NCBI GenBank assembly: GCA_964569695.1
Contig: CAZMUA010000016.1
Location: forward strand, 5,270-69,269
DNA length: 64,000 nt
Reading direction: 5' to 3'
Source of the DNA: an uncultured Woeseiaceae bacterium
GTDB lineage: Bacteria > Acidobacteriota > Vicinamibacteria > Vicinamibacterales > UBA823
This document shows positions 47,486 to 57,831 of the stretch, one piece after another. How positions within the stretch are numbered: the stretch's first letter is position 1; each line of letters begins with the position of its first letter. The notes under the pieces are model-generated. The model did not search any database. It was not told the DNA's origin and saw nothing but the letters and a program-made list of their open reading frames with translations. The position numbers and the translations under genes are program-made.

Positions 47486-47501
47486 ATTGAGGAGTGAGAG
47501 A

Positions 47502-48014
47502 ATGCGCGAACTGAAGGCCTTTAACTTCAAGCAATGGATTGACGAGCATCGAGAGTTCCTCAAGCCTCCCGTTGGGAACAAGCTGGTGTTTCAAGATGCC
47601 GAGTTCATCGTGATGGTAGTGGGCGGGCCAAACAAACGAACGGATTATCACTACGACGAGAGCGAAGAGTTTTTCTATCAAGTGGAAGGCGACATTGTAC
47701 TCAAGATCATAGAGAACGACACGCCGGTCGATATTCCGATTCGCGAAGGAGAGATCTTCCTGTTGCCACCCAGAGTGCCACATTCTCCGCAGCGCGGGCC
47801 CAACACCGTCGGCTTGGTCATCGAGCGGAAACGGACCGAGCACGAGAAGGACGGGCTCATCTGGTTCTGCGAGAAATGCCACCACAAACTCTACGAGGAA
47901 TATTTTCATCTAGAGAACATCGAGACTCAATTACCAACGGTCTTTAACCACTTCTATAGCTCGACTGAGCATCGTACGTGTACGGACTGTGGCACGGTGA
48001 TGGCGCAACCGTAG
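47502..48014 (+). CDS. nbaC: 3-hydroxyanthranilate 3,4-dioxygenase
   Basis: ATG at 47502 after GGAG. FNFKQWIDEH...LKPPVGNK...MVVGGPN.RTDYH....EEFFYQ.EGD...GEIFLLP..VPHSPQR. C-terminal Cys4 site CEKC...CTDC. Confidence 0.9.
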   Translation: MRELKAFNFKQWIDEHREFLKPPVGNKLVFQDAEFIVMVVGGPNKRTDYHYDESEEFFYQVEGDIVLKIIENDTPVDIPIREGEIFLLPPRVPHSPQRGPNTVGLVIERKRTEHEKDGLIWFCEKCHHKLYEEYFHLENIETQLPTVFNHFYSSTEHRTCTDCGTVMAQP

Positions 48015-48049
48015 CGTCAATCCTGTTAGGGATGACTGCTGCCTGAGAC

Positions 48050-49063
48050 ATGATGCTAAAAGTTGATATCCATACGCACATCCTCCCCGAGACTTGGCCC
48101 GATTTGAAGGAGCGCTACGGCTATGGTGGATTCGTGCAACTTGAACAGCATGGTTCCGGGTGCGGGCGCATGTCGATTGACGGTCGAGTGTTTCGAGAGG
48201 TCGGTAAGAACTGTTGGGATCCCAAAGCACGTTTAACGGACTGCGATGAACATGGGGTAGATGTGCAGGTGCTCTCGACTGTTCCAGTGATGTTTAGTTA
48301 CTGGGCCAAGCCCGAGGATGCGCATGACTTGTCCCAACTACTGAATGATCACCTCGCGGGTGTCGTTGCGGATCATCCTCAGCGGTTCGTCGGCTTGGGG
48401 ACCGTGCCGATGCAGGACCCGACTCGGGCGGTTCAGGAACTTGAACGATGTGTGAAGACGCTCGGCATGGCGGGCATTCAGATCGGCACCCATGTCAACG
48501 GCCAAAACTTGGATGATGAACGACTGTTTCCCGTTTTTGAGGCGGCCGAGGCGCTAGGGGCTGCAATCTTCGTGCACCCTTGGGACATGCTGGGGGGTGA
48601 ACGGATGTCAAAGTACTGGCTGTCTTGGCTCGTGGGTATGCCGTCCGAGACCGCGCTCGCGATTTGCGCGATGATGTTTGGCGGCATTTTCGATCGCCTG
48701 CCTCGGCTGCGCGTCGCATTCGCTCACGGTGGTGGGGCGTTTCCTGGTACGGTGGGACGCATCGACCATGGATTCAAGGTGCGTCCCGATCTCTGCGCGG
48801 TGAACGTCGAGATAAATCCACGCGAGCAGTTACGCCGCTTCTATGTCGATGCGCTCGTGCACGATGCCGACGCATTGCTGTCGCTGATCAAGCTATTCGG
48901 GTCGAACCGCGTGGCGCTTGGTACCGATTATCCATTCCCGTTGGGGGAACACGCACCGGGCGCACTAATTGAATCTTTACCATTGGATATGGTGACCCGC
49001 CAGCGGCTGCTCGGTGCCTCGGCACTGGACTGGTTGAATCTTGATCCGATACGATTTTCGTGA
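48050..49063 (+). CDS. nbaD: 2-amino-3-carboxymuconate-6-semialdehyde decarboxylase (amidohydrolase_2 family)
   Basis: [16 protein letters not shown]...[10 protein letters not shown]. Later FVHPWDM and AHGGGAFP motifs match ACMSD. Confidence 0.85.
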   Translation: MMLKVDIHTHILPETWPDLKERYGYGGFVQLEQHGSGCGRMSIDGRVFREVGKNCWDPKARLTDCDEHGVDVQVLSTVPVMFSYWAKPEDAHDLSQLLNDHLAGVVADHPQRFVGLGTVPMQDPTRAVQELERCVKTLGMAGIQIGTHVNGQNLDDERLFPVFEAAEALGAAIFVHPWDMLGGERMSKYWLSWLVGMPSETALAICAMMFGGIFDRLPRLRVAFAHGGGAFPGTVGRIDHGFKVRPDLCAVNVEINPREQLRRFYVDALVHDADALLSLIKLFGSNRVALGTDYPFPLGEHAPGALIESLPLDMVTRQRLLGASALDWLNLDPIRFS

Positions 49064-49093
49064 CGCTAGTGGGGGACGACTAGAGGAGGGGAT

Positions 49094-50881
49094 ATGGGCG
49101 TGAGGTGGAGATTTTGCGGTGTCCTCCTAATCGTGTTGGGAACCGCAGCAGCTTGTTCGCAGACTGGTGAGCAATTAGGGTCCGAACGCCAGGACGCAGA
49201 CACTGGAATTACCGTTGATGAGTTCGTAATACGCGCGGATGCCGTCTGCGCTCCTAATATTCCGCTGGCGCCCGACCAGGCCAGTTACGGGATGGATGCG
49301 ACCACCGGTCGCTTCCAGCACCCAGCGGCGACGCCGCATCAACATGAGGCACAACCATTTGACGGTGAGCTCGAGACTTGGGATACGAACGAGTACATCG
49401 ACAACATGACGATTGAGGCTTATTATCCGGATATCGTCGAACCGTTTCATACTTGGCAGAACATAGTCGACTTCGCTGGACGGCGCTATCTGTATCAGTA
49501 CGTCCGTCGCGATATGAAAATCTTCGACATCACCGATCCGAAGGCCGTGAACCTGATGCAAGAAAAGGGTCATTCGTGGGACCTGAACGGGCCGGGCGAG
49601 GAGAGGAATCCTTTCGCACCTGGCGACATGTTTGGTGCGGCCTCCATTCAGTGGAATGACGAACTCGACATGTATGTCATGGTGCAGGCGTTCGAGGTGC
49701 AGCGGTTCGGTGTGATCGATAACAAACGTGCGGATCCGGAGGGGGTTGCCCGCCATCGAAACGCGGATCATTTAAAAGGTTTCAAGGTATATGCGATGCA
49801 CGGTCCCATGCCGGAAGAGTGGGAACTGTTGGCAGAGATGACAACCGATGTGGAGCATCCGGATGTGCCAATAGGTCAACAACAGGGCTCTGGTGTACGG
49901 GACATTCCGACCTATTTCGGTGGTCAGTACATGTTCGTTGCGGCCGCACCTGATGCGAGCTATGCCTTGACCGAGTATCCCACGGATTTGTATTCCGCAG
50001 GGTACCAGGCGTGGGATATGTCGGACCCAGCAGAGCCGATCTTTGTGGGACAGTTTACGGCGCCCGGTCAGCGCTTGGGCGACGAAGAGGCATACAAACA
50101 GAATCCTAGGTGCGGAAACCGCACCTCATGGTTTGGTGCCCGTATGTCGATCTTCATGCCAACACCGGTCGAAGACGGAGGTCGGTATGGCTACGCTGCG
50201 ATGGGAGGGCTCGGCTTCTACGTGCTTGACATTTCCGACCCTGCGAACATTGCGGCGGTTGGACATTTGGATTTTCCGCCAAGTGTGGCCGGAACTGAAG
50301 GCGACAATATTGACGTGTCACAGGTCGAGCAGACGGGCATCGTGTATTACAGTGGCTATCCGCTCGCGGAGGACTGTTGGGAGCCCTACAAGGACATCTA
50401 TATGATCGATGTCAACGATCCAACCAACCCGACGATTCGTGGCACGCTGCCGCGACCCGTCCCACCTCCTGACGCGCCGTTCACCGATTACTGCCAACGT
50501 CGAGGCAGCTTTGGCCCGAAACGCTCGGGGTACTACACGCAGCCCGGTATCGGACGAGCTGGGATTGTACCCTATGCGTTCTACAATGCCGGCGTGCAGA
50601 TCTTCGATGTGAGTGGTCAGTCTAATCCGACCATCGTGGCCTATTTTGTCCCTCGCTTCGACACTGAGCGGGTACCTGACTACGCGCGTGGTAATCTCGC
50701 GCACGGTATTTACGTGGAGTACGACCGAAACCTTATTTGGCTCTTTGCAAATCATGGTATGTACGTGCTGTCGACACCTGTCCTTGGTGAACCGAGTTTC
50801 GAGGCGCCGGCCAAGCCTTGGCCTCGCCGACAGCGAGCGTCTCACGAAGAACTGAACATGTCGGGTAGCATCACGAACTAG
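49094..50881 (+). CDS. Lipoprotein with LVIVD-type beta-propeller repeats
   Basis: RBS GGAGGGG. Lipobox GTAAAC. Recurrent h.hhDhsDP..P motifs: KIFDITDPKAV, AWDMSDPAEP, YVLDISDPANI, IYMIDVNDPTNP, IFDVSGQSNP. Confidence 0.6.
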   Translation: MGVRWRFCGVLLIVLGTAAACSQTGEQLGSERQDADTGITVDEFVIRADAVCAPNIPLAPDQASYGMDATTGRFQHPAATPHQHEAQPFDGELETWDTNEYIDNMTIEAYYPDIVEPFHTWQNIVDFAGRRYLYQYVRRDMKIFDITDPKAVNLMQEKGHSWDLNGPGEERNPFAPGDMFGAASIQWNDELDMYVMVQAFEVQRFGVIDNKRADPEGVARHRNADHLKGFKVYAMHGPMPEEWELLAEMTTDVEHPDVPIGQQQGSGVRDIPTYFGGQYMFVAAAPDASYALTEYPTDLYSAGYQAWDMSDPAEPIFVGQFTAPGQRLGDEEAYKQNPRCGNRTSWFGARMSIFMPTPVEDGGRYGYAAMGGLGFYVLDISDPANIAAVGHLDFPPSVAGTEGDNIDVSQVEQTGIVYYSGYPLAEDCWEPYKDIYMIDVNDPTNPTIRGTLPRPVPPPDAPFTDYCQRRGSFGPKRSGYYTQPGIGRAGIVPYAFYNAGVQIFDVSGQSNPTIVAYFVPRFDTERVPDYARGNLAHGIYVEYDRNLIWLFANHGMYVLSTPVLGEPSFEAPAKPWPRRQRASHEELNMSGSITN

Positions 50882-50916
50882 CTGGTAGCCATGGCCATTC
50901 ACTGGAGATCACACTT

Positions 50917-52293
50917 ATGACGACGTCGCAAGAGCGTGGGATGTGGGGTACACGGCTTGGGTTCATTCTGGCGGCGGCTGGCTCCGCCGTTGGGCTCGGC
51001 AACATTTGGGGATTTCCCACGCGGGTAGGTCAAGGTGGCGGCGCTGTATTCGTTGTCATTTACCTCTTCTGCATCGTGCTAATCTGTGCGCCGATTTTGG
51101 TGGCCGAGTTCGTCCTTGGTCGCGGATCGAGACAATCGCCGGTTGGTGCCTTCAAGCACTTTAGCTCGGGAACGCGTTGGTGGTGGGTCGGTGCACTCGG
51201 CGTCATCACGAGCGTTGCCATCGTGGCCTTCTACTCGGTGATTGGAGGTTGGACCATCGGCTACGTCTGGTATGCAGCGACTGGAGCACTCAGTAGCGGT
51301 GGTGAAGGGGCTGGAGATTTCTTTACCCGATTTACGGGCAATGGCTTTAAGGGTGTGTTTTGCACGTTTCTATTTCTTGGATGCGCAGCGGCAGCAAACA
51401 TCGGTGGCGTGCGTACGGGGATAGAGCGAGTTGCCAAGACTTTGATGCCAGCCTTGCTAGTGCTGCTTGTCCTGTTGGCTGTCCGTTCACTTACCTTGCC
51501 AGGTGCAGCTGAAGGGTTGGCGTACTACATGCGTCCCGATTTTAGCCAAGCCTTTAATATGTCGGTGTTTGGGGCTGCCCTCGGGCAGGCGTTCTTTTCA
51601 CTGAGTCTCGGGAATGGCGCCATGCTCACCTACGGCAGTTACCTACGCCGGTCAGAAGGTATCGGTCGGGTGGTGCTTTGGGTGGTGCTGCTGGACACTT
51701 TTATTGCGTTACTGGCAGGTCTCATCATTTTTCCTGCAGGGTTCTCGATAGCAGGATTCGATCCCGCTAGCACCGGCCCGGGATTAATCTTCGCGGTTCT
51801 GCCTGAATTGTTCGCCACGCTGGTCGGCGGCCGCCTTTTTGGTGGGGCGTTTTTTGTCCTGCTTGTCATAGCGGCCTTGACTTCAGCCATCTCGCTCCTA
51901 GAGGTCCCAGTTGCCCACGTGATTGATCGCCGGCAGTGGTCCAGAACGAAAGCGGTACTCATCGTGACTGGTTCAGCGTTTCTTCTATCGATTCCTTGCG
52001 CGTTGGGCTTCGGTGCGGTTGGGTCTCTAACCGATTTTGTGCCGGCACAGTGGGGTGGAAATTTCCTGGGCTTGGTTGCGACACTCTGCAATAACTTCTC
52101 GCTTCCGATCGGGGGCATGCTGATTGCCATCTTTGTCGGCTATGTCTGGCGAGTGGATCGCGCAGTCGCCGAGTTACTCGCCGAACATGCGTGGTTTCCG
52201 GCTCCGAGACTTTGGGGTTTGTTGATTCGCTATGTCTCCCCACTAGGTATTTCTATCATTCTCGTTATCAGTATCGTGGCGGTGATCCTGTGA
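50917..52293 (+). CDS. Neurotransmitter:sodium symporter (NSS/SNF) family transporter
   Basis: W.TRLGFILAAAGSAVGLGNIWGFP is the hallmark NSS TM1 motif. About 11-12 TM segments. Confidence 0.9.
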   Translation: MTTSQERGMWGTRLGFILAAAGSAVGLGNIWGFPTRVGQGGGAVFVVIYLFCIVLICAPILVAEFVLGRGSRQSPVGAFKHFSSGTRWWWVGALGVITSVAIVAFYSVIGGWTIGYVWYAATGALSSGGEGAGDFFTRFTGNGFKGVFCTFLFLGCAAAANIGGVRTGIERVAKTLMPALLVLLVLLAVRSLTLPGAAEGLAYYMRPDFSQAFNMSVFGAALGQAFFSLSLGNGAMLTYGSYLRRSEGIGRVVLWVVLLDTFIALLAGLIIFPAGFSIAGFDPASTGPGLIFAVLPELFATLVGGRLFGGAFFVLLVIAALTSAISLLEVPVAHVIDRRQWSRTKAVLIVTGSAFLLSIPCALGFGAVGSLTDFVPAQWGGNFLGLVATLCNNFSLPIGGMLIAIFVGYVWRVDRAVAELLAEHAWFPAPRLWGLLIRYVSPLGISIILVISIVAVIL

Positions 52294-52421
52294 GCGATCA
52301 CGAGAAAAGGCAGTTTACGTGCGTGTCATCGTTGCAGTGCTAGAATCAGCACCTCGTTCCCGCTGAATGAAGGATGTGCAATTTAGACATTCTTCCGCGC
52401 AGAAAGACAAGGGGTTTCATC

Positions 52422-55400
52422 ATGAGTCGACGAGTCATTACTATCATCGCTTGCCTCGCAGTTCTGTCCACGGTTCTAGACAGCGTGCAGCCGGCTAGTG
52501 CCCAGTCCGCAGAGGACTTCATCAATCAACTCGAGTGGCGGAATATCGGCCCTGCGAATATGGGAGGCCGGATCAATGACCTCGCAGTAGTCGAGTCGGA
52601 CCCCGACATTGTGTTTATCGCGACCGCTTCTGCTGGCGTGTGGCGCACCACGAACAACGGCGTGACATGGGAACCAGTGTTCGACGCTCAACCGGTGAGC
52701 AGCATTGGTGATATTGCCGTCGCACCCTCTGATCCTTCCATCGTGTGGGTCGGTAGTGGGGAATCGAACAACCGTCAGAGTTCCTCTTGGGGTAACGGGG
52801 TTTACAAGTCGACCGATGGCGGTGATACCTGGATGCACGTTGGATTGGATGACACGTTGCACATCGGACGCCTGCTGATACATCCCACTAATCCGGAAGT
52901 AGTCTATGTTGCTGCGACGGGTCATCTCTGGGGTCCCAATACTGAGCGCGGAGTGTATAAGACCAACGATGGTGGATTGACCTGGACGAACACGTTATTC
53001 ATTGACGAGGACACTGGGATCACCGACTTGGCAATGGACCCGATCAGTCCCGGCACGCTTTATGCAGCAGCGTATCAGCGACGCCGCACAGCCTTTGGCT
53101 TCAACGGGGGTGGTTCCGGGAGTGGGATCTATAAGACCACCGACGGTGGCTCAACTTGGATGCGGTTGACGAACGATTTACCTGGCGGTGTTACTGGTCG
53201 AATTGGTCTCGACATTTACCGAGCCGATCCTCGTATCGTCTATGCCATTGTCCAGCACACGGACGGTGGCGTGTTTCGGTCGGAGGATCGTGGGCAGTCG
53301 TGGACGCGTATGAGTGACACGAATCCCCGTCCGATGTACTACAGTCAAATCAGGATTGATCCGTCAAACGACCAGCGGATCTGGGCCGCTGGAGCACGGA
53401 TGGCATATTCGCAGGATGGGGGTAAGACGTTTGTTAACGATTGGATTCAGACGATACACGGCGACTTTCATGCGCTTTGGATCAACCCTGCTGATTCCGA
53501 TCACATGATGACCGGTTCTGACGGTGGCATGCATTACTCTTACGACCGAGGACGCACATGGGATTTTGTGAACACGATGGCGCTCGGTCAGTTTTATGAG
53601 ATTGGGTACGACATGGAGATGCCGTACAACGTCTACGGTGGATTACAGGACAACGGGAGTTGGGGTGGTCCAGTCCGAACGCTCTACCAGCGCGGTATTA
53701 CGAACGAAGACTGGTTTCGAGTCGGTGGTGGTGATGGGTTCTACACACAGGTTGATCCGAATGATCCGGCGACGCTTTACTTGGAATCTCAGAACGGAAA
53801 CGTCTCGCGCCTCAATTTGGAGACGACCGAGCGAAAAGCGATTCGTCCGGAACCGGACGATGAGAGCGAACGTTATCGCTTTGACTGGAACAGTCCGATC
53901 CTGATTTCTCCGCACAACTCACAGACGATCTATTACGGTGGCAACCGACTTTTCAAATCGACTAATCGCGGCGACACGTGGAGTCGAACTGATGACTTAA
54001 GTAAGAATCAGGACCGGGACGAGATGCCGATTATGGCTGTGGAAGTGACAGACGAAACACTGTCACGCCATGATGGAATTTCTTCATTTGGTCAGATCAT
54101 CTCGATTAGTGAGTCGCCGCGTCTCGAAGGCTTGCTCTACGTGGGTATGGATGATGGCAATTTACAGGTATCGCAGGATGGAGCTGCGAGTTGGCAGGAA
54201 GTGTCTGGAGTGATTCCGGATTTGCCTGAGGGCACGTATGTCAGCCGGGTGCAAGCCTCCTCTCATGCCGATGCTCGTGTGTACGCCACGATGGATGGTC
54301 ATCGGAATGATGACTACAGCGTGTACGTGTATGTCAGTGAAGATTATGGGGACAGTTGGGAATCTCTCGCGTCGAACCTGCCCGACGGTCATACGATGAA
54401 CGTGATCCGAGAACATCCTCGAAACGAAAACCTATTGGTGCTTGGCGGAGAATTCGGTGCTTACATTACGATTGATCGAGGTGAAGAGTGGCATCAGATT
54501 AAGGGCGCGGTGCCGACGGTGCCGGTCGACGACATCGCGATCCATCCGCGGGACAACGACCTGATTCTTGGAACGCATGGCCGGAGTATCTGGGTGCTTG
54601 ATGATATGACCCCTCTCGAGGAGTTGAGCGAGCAGGTGCTCGCGTCCGAGTTGCACAGTTTCGACGTTCGGGACGCGGTCGCGTATCGCCTGTCCAACCA
54701 CAAGGGCAACACCGGTCACAAGATGTTCATCGCGCCAAATCCGCCGGAGGGTGCGCTCATTCATTACTATTTGAATGATGACACAACCGGAGAACATGCC
54801 GTGGAGATTACGATTCACGGTGAGGCGGATAAAACCATTCGCACACTGCACGGGTCGGGTGCGGCGGGTCTCAATCGCGTGAACTGGGATCTGCGGCACG
54901 AGCCGCCCTTGCCGCCGACGGGGCAGGGCGGGTTTGGTGGTCCGCCAGCGGGGCCACGGGCGCTACCTGGAACCTACAGTGTGCGGATTACGGCAGGAAA
55001 TTCTCAGAGCAGCACGACAGTGACAGTCTTTGACGATCCCAGGATCAATGTACCGGAAGCCGATCGTCAGGCGCAACGGGATGCCCTCCTCGGACTTGGT
55101 GGTTTGATGGTAGGCCTCGATGTAGCACACCAAACAGCGGAGCGTTTCACAGGACAACTGGAATTACTTGCCGAGTCGCTGGAGGCTGGTGAGGTTCCCG
55201 TAGCAGTTTCGTCTATGGTCGGGTCAGTCAGCGATCAGATGGGCGCGTTGGAAGGTAAGCTCGCGCGCGGTGGTGGGTTTGGCGGTGATAGCCCGCGCCC
55301 ACTGTCATCTCGAATAACTCGACTTTACCGGAGCCTGGGGAGTTATACGGAGCGACCAAATGCGTTCCAGGTTGCACGGATCGAGGCATATACCCAGGAA

Positions 55401-55502
55401 TTTAATGGGTTGCTGGAGGAGTTGGATCAGTTCATTGCGAATGAGATCGCCACTTTGAACAGCACGATAGAACAACACGGCATACAGCGCATCACTCAGT
55501 GA
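52422..55502 (+). CDS. Exported BNR/Asp-box repeat (sortilin/VPS10-like double propeller) protein
   Basis: ATG at 52422 with a signal peptide. At least 9 Asp-boxes, including STDGGDTW, TNDGGLTW, TTDGGSTW, SEDRGQSW, SYDRGRTW, STNRGDTW and SEDYGDSW. Confidence 0.75.
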   Translation: MSRRVITIIACLAVLSTVLDSVQPASAQSAEDFINQLEWRNIGPANMGGRINDLAVVESDPDIVFIATASAGVWRTTNNGVTWEPVFDAQPVSSIGDIAVAPSDPSIVWVGSGESNNRQSSSWGNGVYKSTDGGDTWMHVGLDDTLHIGRLLIHPTNPEVVYVAATGHLWGPNTERGVYKTNDGGLTWTNTLFIDEDTGITDLAMDPISPGTLYAAAYQRRRTAFGFNGGGSGSGIYKTTDGGSTWMRLTNDLPGGVTGRIGLDIYRADPRIVYAIVQHTDGGVFRSEDRGQSWTRMSDTNPRPMYYSQIRIDPSNDQRIWAAGARMAYSQDGGKTFVNDWIQTIHGDFHALWINPADSDHMMTGSDGGMHYSYDRGRTWDFVNTMALGQFYEIGYDMEMPYNVYGGLQDNGSWGGPVRTLYQRGITNEDWFRVGGGDGFYTQVDPNDPATLYLESQNGNVSRLNLETTERKAIRPEPDDESERYRFDWNSPILISPHNSQTIYYGGNRLFKSTNRGDTWSRTDDLSKNQDRDEMPIMAVEVTDETLSRHDGISSFGQIISISESPRLEGLLYVGMDDGNLQVSQDGAASWQEVSGVIPDLPEGTYVSRVQASSHADARVYATMDGHRNDDYSVYVYVSEDYGDSWESLASNLPDGHTMNVIREHPRNENLLVLGGEFGAYITIDRGEEWHQIKGAVPTVPVDDIAIHPRDNDLILGTHGRSIWVLDDMTPLEELSEQVLASELHSFDVRDAVAYRLSNHKGNTGHKMFIAPNPPEGALIHYYLNDDTTGEHAVEITIHGEADKTIRTLHGSGAAGLNRVNWDLRHEPPLPPTGQGGFGGPPAGPRALPGTYSVRITAGNSQSSTTVTVFDDPRINVPEADRQAQRDALLGLGGLMVGLDVAHQTAERFTGQLELLAESLEAGEVPVAVSSMVGSVSDQMGALEGKLARGGGFGGDSPRPLSSRITRLYRSLGSYTERPNAFQVARIEAYTQEFNGLLEELDQFIANEIATLNSTIEQHGIQRITQ

Positions 55503-55515
55503 GAGGAGGAGACGC

Positions 55516-57330
55516 GTGGCAAATCTATGGACTCGCCGGAGTGTGACGGCGGTCATCATGCTCGTGGGGGTCTGTTGGACCGCAACGGTAGCGGCGCAAG
55601 AGGTGGCTTATACCGTCGCGATGCCGCAGCTGACGACGGGTCTGTTGCATGTGACGCTGGACATTCGAAACGTACCGGATGACACGCTTGAGGTCGCGAT
55701 GCCGGTGTGGTCACCCGGTGGCTACGGACTGCACTGGGCTTCCAAAAACGTGCAAGAGTTGTGGGCGGAGGATGGAGAGGGGCAAGGCTTGGACGTGGTC
55801 CAGGTGGATACCAGCCGGTGGCGCATACGCCCAGTCACATCGAGGGCTTACGTGCACTATAAGGTGTTCGTTGGCCAGCGTGCCATGGATGACTCGCACG
55901 CCAGAATCAGTGGGACGCGATCATTAATGTACGTCGTGGGGCAAGCCCCATACCCGGCAGGTGGGCCGGTTACGATTACCGTCAATGGGCCAGACGGATG
56001 GATGTTTGCCACGGGTCTTGACGCGATCGGCCCCGGGGTCTTCACGGCTCCCGACTACGACACACTCATCGACTCACCGATTGAAGTCGCCGAACATTTA
56101 GATCAGTTCGCGTTCGAGGACCACGGTGCGCGTTACGAAATCGCGATCCGGAACCCGCACGGGTATGACAGGGATTTACTGCGGGACGAAATACAAGCCA
56201 TCGTGGCTGAGCAGGTAGAAATGATGGGCGGTGCGCCATTCGACCGCTATGTCTTTCTGCTCACGGGGCAGAACCGTCGCGGCGGTGGCCTCGAGCATCT
56301 GAACTCGACGACGATCAGTTTCAAACGCTTCGATAGCTTAACCTCAGCGGATTATCATCGCCTGCAATTCCTCATTGCTCACGAGTTTTTCCATCTGTGG
56401 AATGTGAAACGTATTCGACCAGAGATTCTTGGGCCGTTTGATTACTCGGGGCCGCAACACACACGCAATTTGTATGTGTCTGAAGGGATGTCCGACTATT
56501 ACGGCTACCTGTCGGTGACGCGTGCCGGCTTGTGGTCCCGGCAGGAATTCTACGCCGAGTTAGCTTCGGTCATCCAAACACTTCAGCGTGCGCCGGGACG
56601 CCTGATTACGTCAGTTGAGTCGGCGAGTTGGAATACCTGGACGCGATCAGATAACGCCGCGCACACTGGAATATCGTACTACATCAAGGGAAGTCTCATT
56701 GGACTCCTTATCGATTTGGAGATGCGCGCACGCACGAACGGGCGCAAGAGCCTCGATGATGTATTTCGCTATTTGTTGTCCGAGCATGGACTTCCGAAGC
56801 CGGGCTTTGCCGAGCAGGGCGGCTTTCGTGAGGCAGTCGAAACAATTACCGCTGAAGGCGGTGGCGGATCGGACTTCTCAGCTTTCTTTCGCCGATACGT
56901 CTCGGGTGTCGAGGAACTCAAGTACAATGCTGCGCTGGATCACGTCGGCCTTCGGCTTGAGACCATTGAGGGGTCGGTGCGGCGCTCGCTTGGTGTTACG
57001 ACGTCGGTTGATGCCGATCGACTCATCGTCACCGCGATGTCGCCGAGTGGGGCAGGCTATGAGAATGGACTGATGGCCGGCGATATTCTATTGATGCTCG
57101 ACGGTGACCGCGCCGTTCCCTCAACTCTGGAGGCGCGCCTGCAAGCTCACGCTGTGGGTGACGAGGTGGAGTTACTGGTGGTTCGCGGCGATCGGCTGGT
57201 GACCGTTTCGGTGGAACTCCAAGAAGATAGGGAGACCACGTATCAGATTGTCGAGACCGCGAACGCCTCACCCCGTGCCCTCTCGTTGCGGGATGCTTGG
57301 CTCGAGCCCTATGTGTCTCAGGTGCACTAA
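55516..57330 (+). CDS. Exported M61-family glycyl aminopeptidase with a C-terminal PDZ domain
   Basis: GTG after GAGGAGG. Signal peptide present. Zinc motif AHEFFHLWNVKRIRP. The C-terminal GLMAGDILLMLDG is PDZ-like. Confidence 0.85.
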   Translation: MANLWTRRSVTAVIMLVGVCWTATVAAQEVAYTVAMPQLTTGLLHVTLDIRNVPDDTLEVAMPVWSPGGYGLHWASKNVQELWAEDGEGQGLDVVQVDTSRWRIRPVTSRAYVHYKVFVGQRAMDDSHARISGTRSLMYVVGQAPYPAGGPVTITVNGPDGWMFATGLDAIGPGVFTAPDYDTLIDSPIEVAEHLDQFAFEDHGARYEIAIRNPHGYDRDLLRDEIQAIVAEQVEMMGGAPFDRYVFLLTGQNRRGGGLEHLNSTTISFKRFDSLTSADYHRLQFLIAHEFFHLWNVKRIRPEILGPFDYSGPQHTRNLYVSEGMSDYYGYLSVTRAGLWSRQEFYAELASVIQTLQRAPGRLITSVESASWNTWTRSDNAAHTGISYYIKGSLIGLLIDLEMRARTNGRKSLDDVFRYLLSEHGLPKPGFAEQGGFREAVETITAEGGGGSDFSAFFRRYVSGVEELKYNAALDHVGLRLETIEGSVRRSLGVTTSVDADRLIVTAMSPSGAGYENGLMAGDILLMLDGDRAVPSTLEARLQAHAVGDEVELLVVRGDRLVTVSVELQEDRETTYQIVETANASPRALSLRDAWLEPYVSQVH

Positions 57331-57337
57331 GTAGCTC

Positions 57338-57796
57338 GTGAAAAGCATCAGGCATTACGAGGCGTGTGTTTTGGTGACCGCGGTCTTGTGCACTGCGTGT
57401 GGCGGAGGCACGGGAACGAGTCCATACGCACCCACTTCGACTACCTCCTCGTCTAACCCAACGGTGGCCTTTAGTGCGACCGATTTGACCGTCACGACTG
57501 GAGCGCAGGCGGCTAACGGTGACAGTTTGACGGCGACTTACTCTGGCTGGTTGTATGACCAGGCGGCGCCAGAGAACAAAGGCTCGTTGTTCGATTCCAC
57601 TAGTGATGGCTTTACGTTTGTGCTTGGTGCCGGTCAGGTGATCACAGGCTGGGACCAGGGCCTCGTGGGCATGCGGGTCGGCGCGAAACGCCGCTTGGTC
57701 ATTCCACCGTCAATGGCGTATGGCGCGACCGGGGTAGGCAGTATTCCTGGCAACGCGACTCTCGTGTTTGAGGTGGTCTTAGTGAGTATTCAGTAA
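57338..57796 (+). CDS. FKBP-type peptidyl-prolyl cis-trans isomerase, exported or lipoprotein
   Basis: [29 protein letters not shown]....[16 protein letters not shown]. Confidence 0.85.
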   Translation: MKSIRHYEACVLVTAVLCTACGGGTGTSPYAPTSTTSSSNPTVAFSATDLTVTTGAQAANGDSLTATYSGWLYDQAAPENKGSLFDSTSDGFTFVLGAGQVITGWDQGLVGMRVGAKRRLVIPPSMAYGATGVGSIPGNATLVFEVVLVSIQ

Positions 57797-57831
57797 GCAC
57801 CATCACAGACAGTATCGGTCACGTGGTAGCT

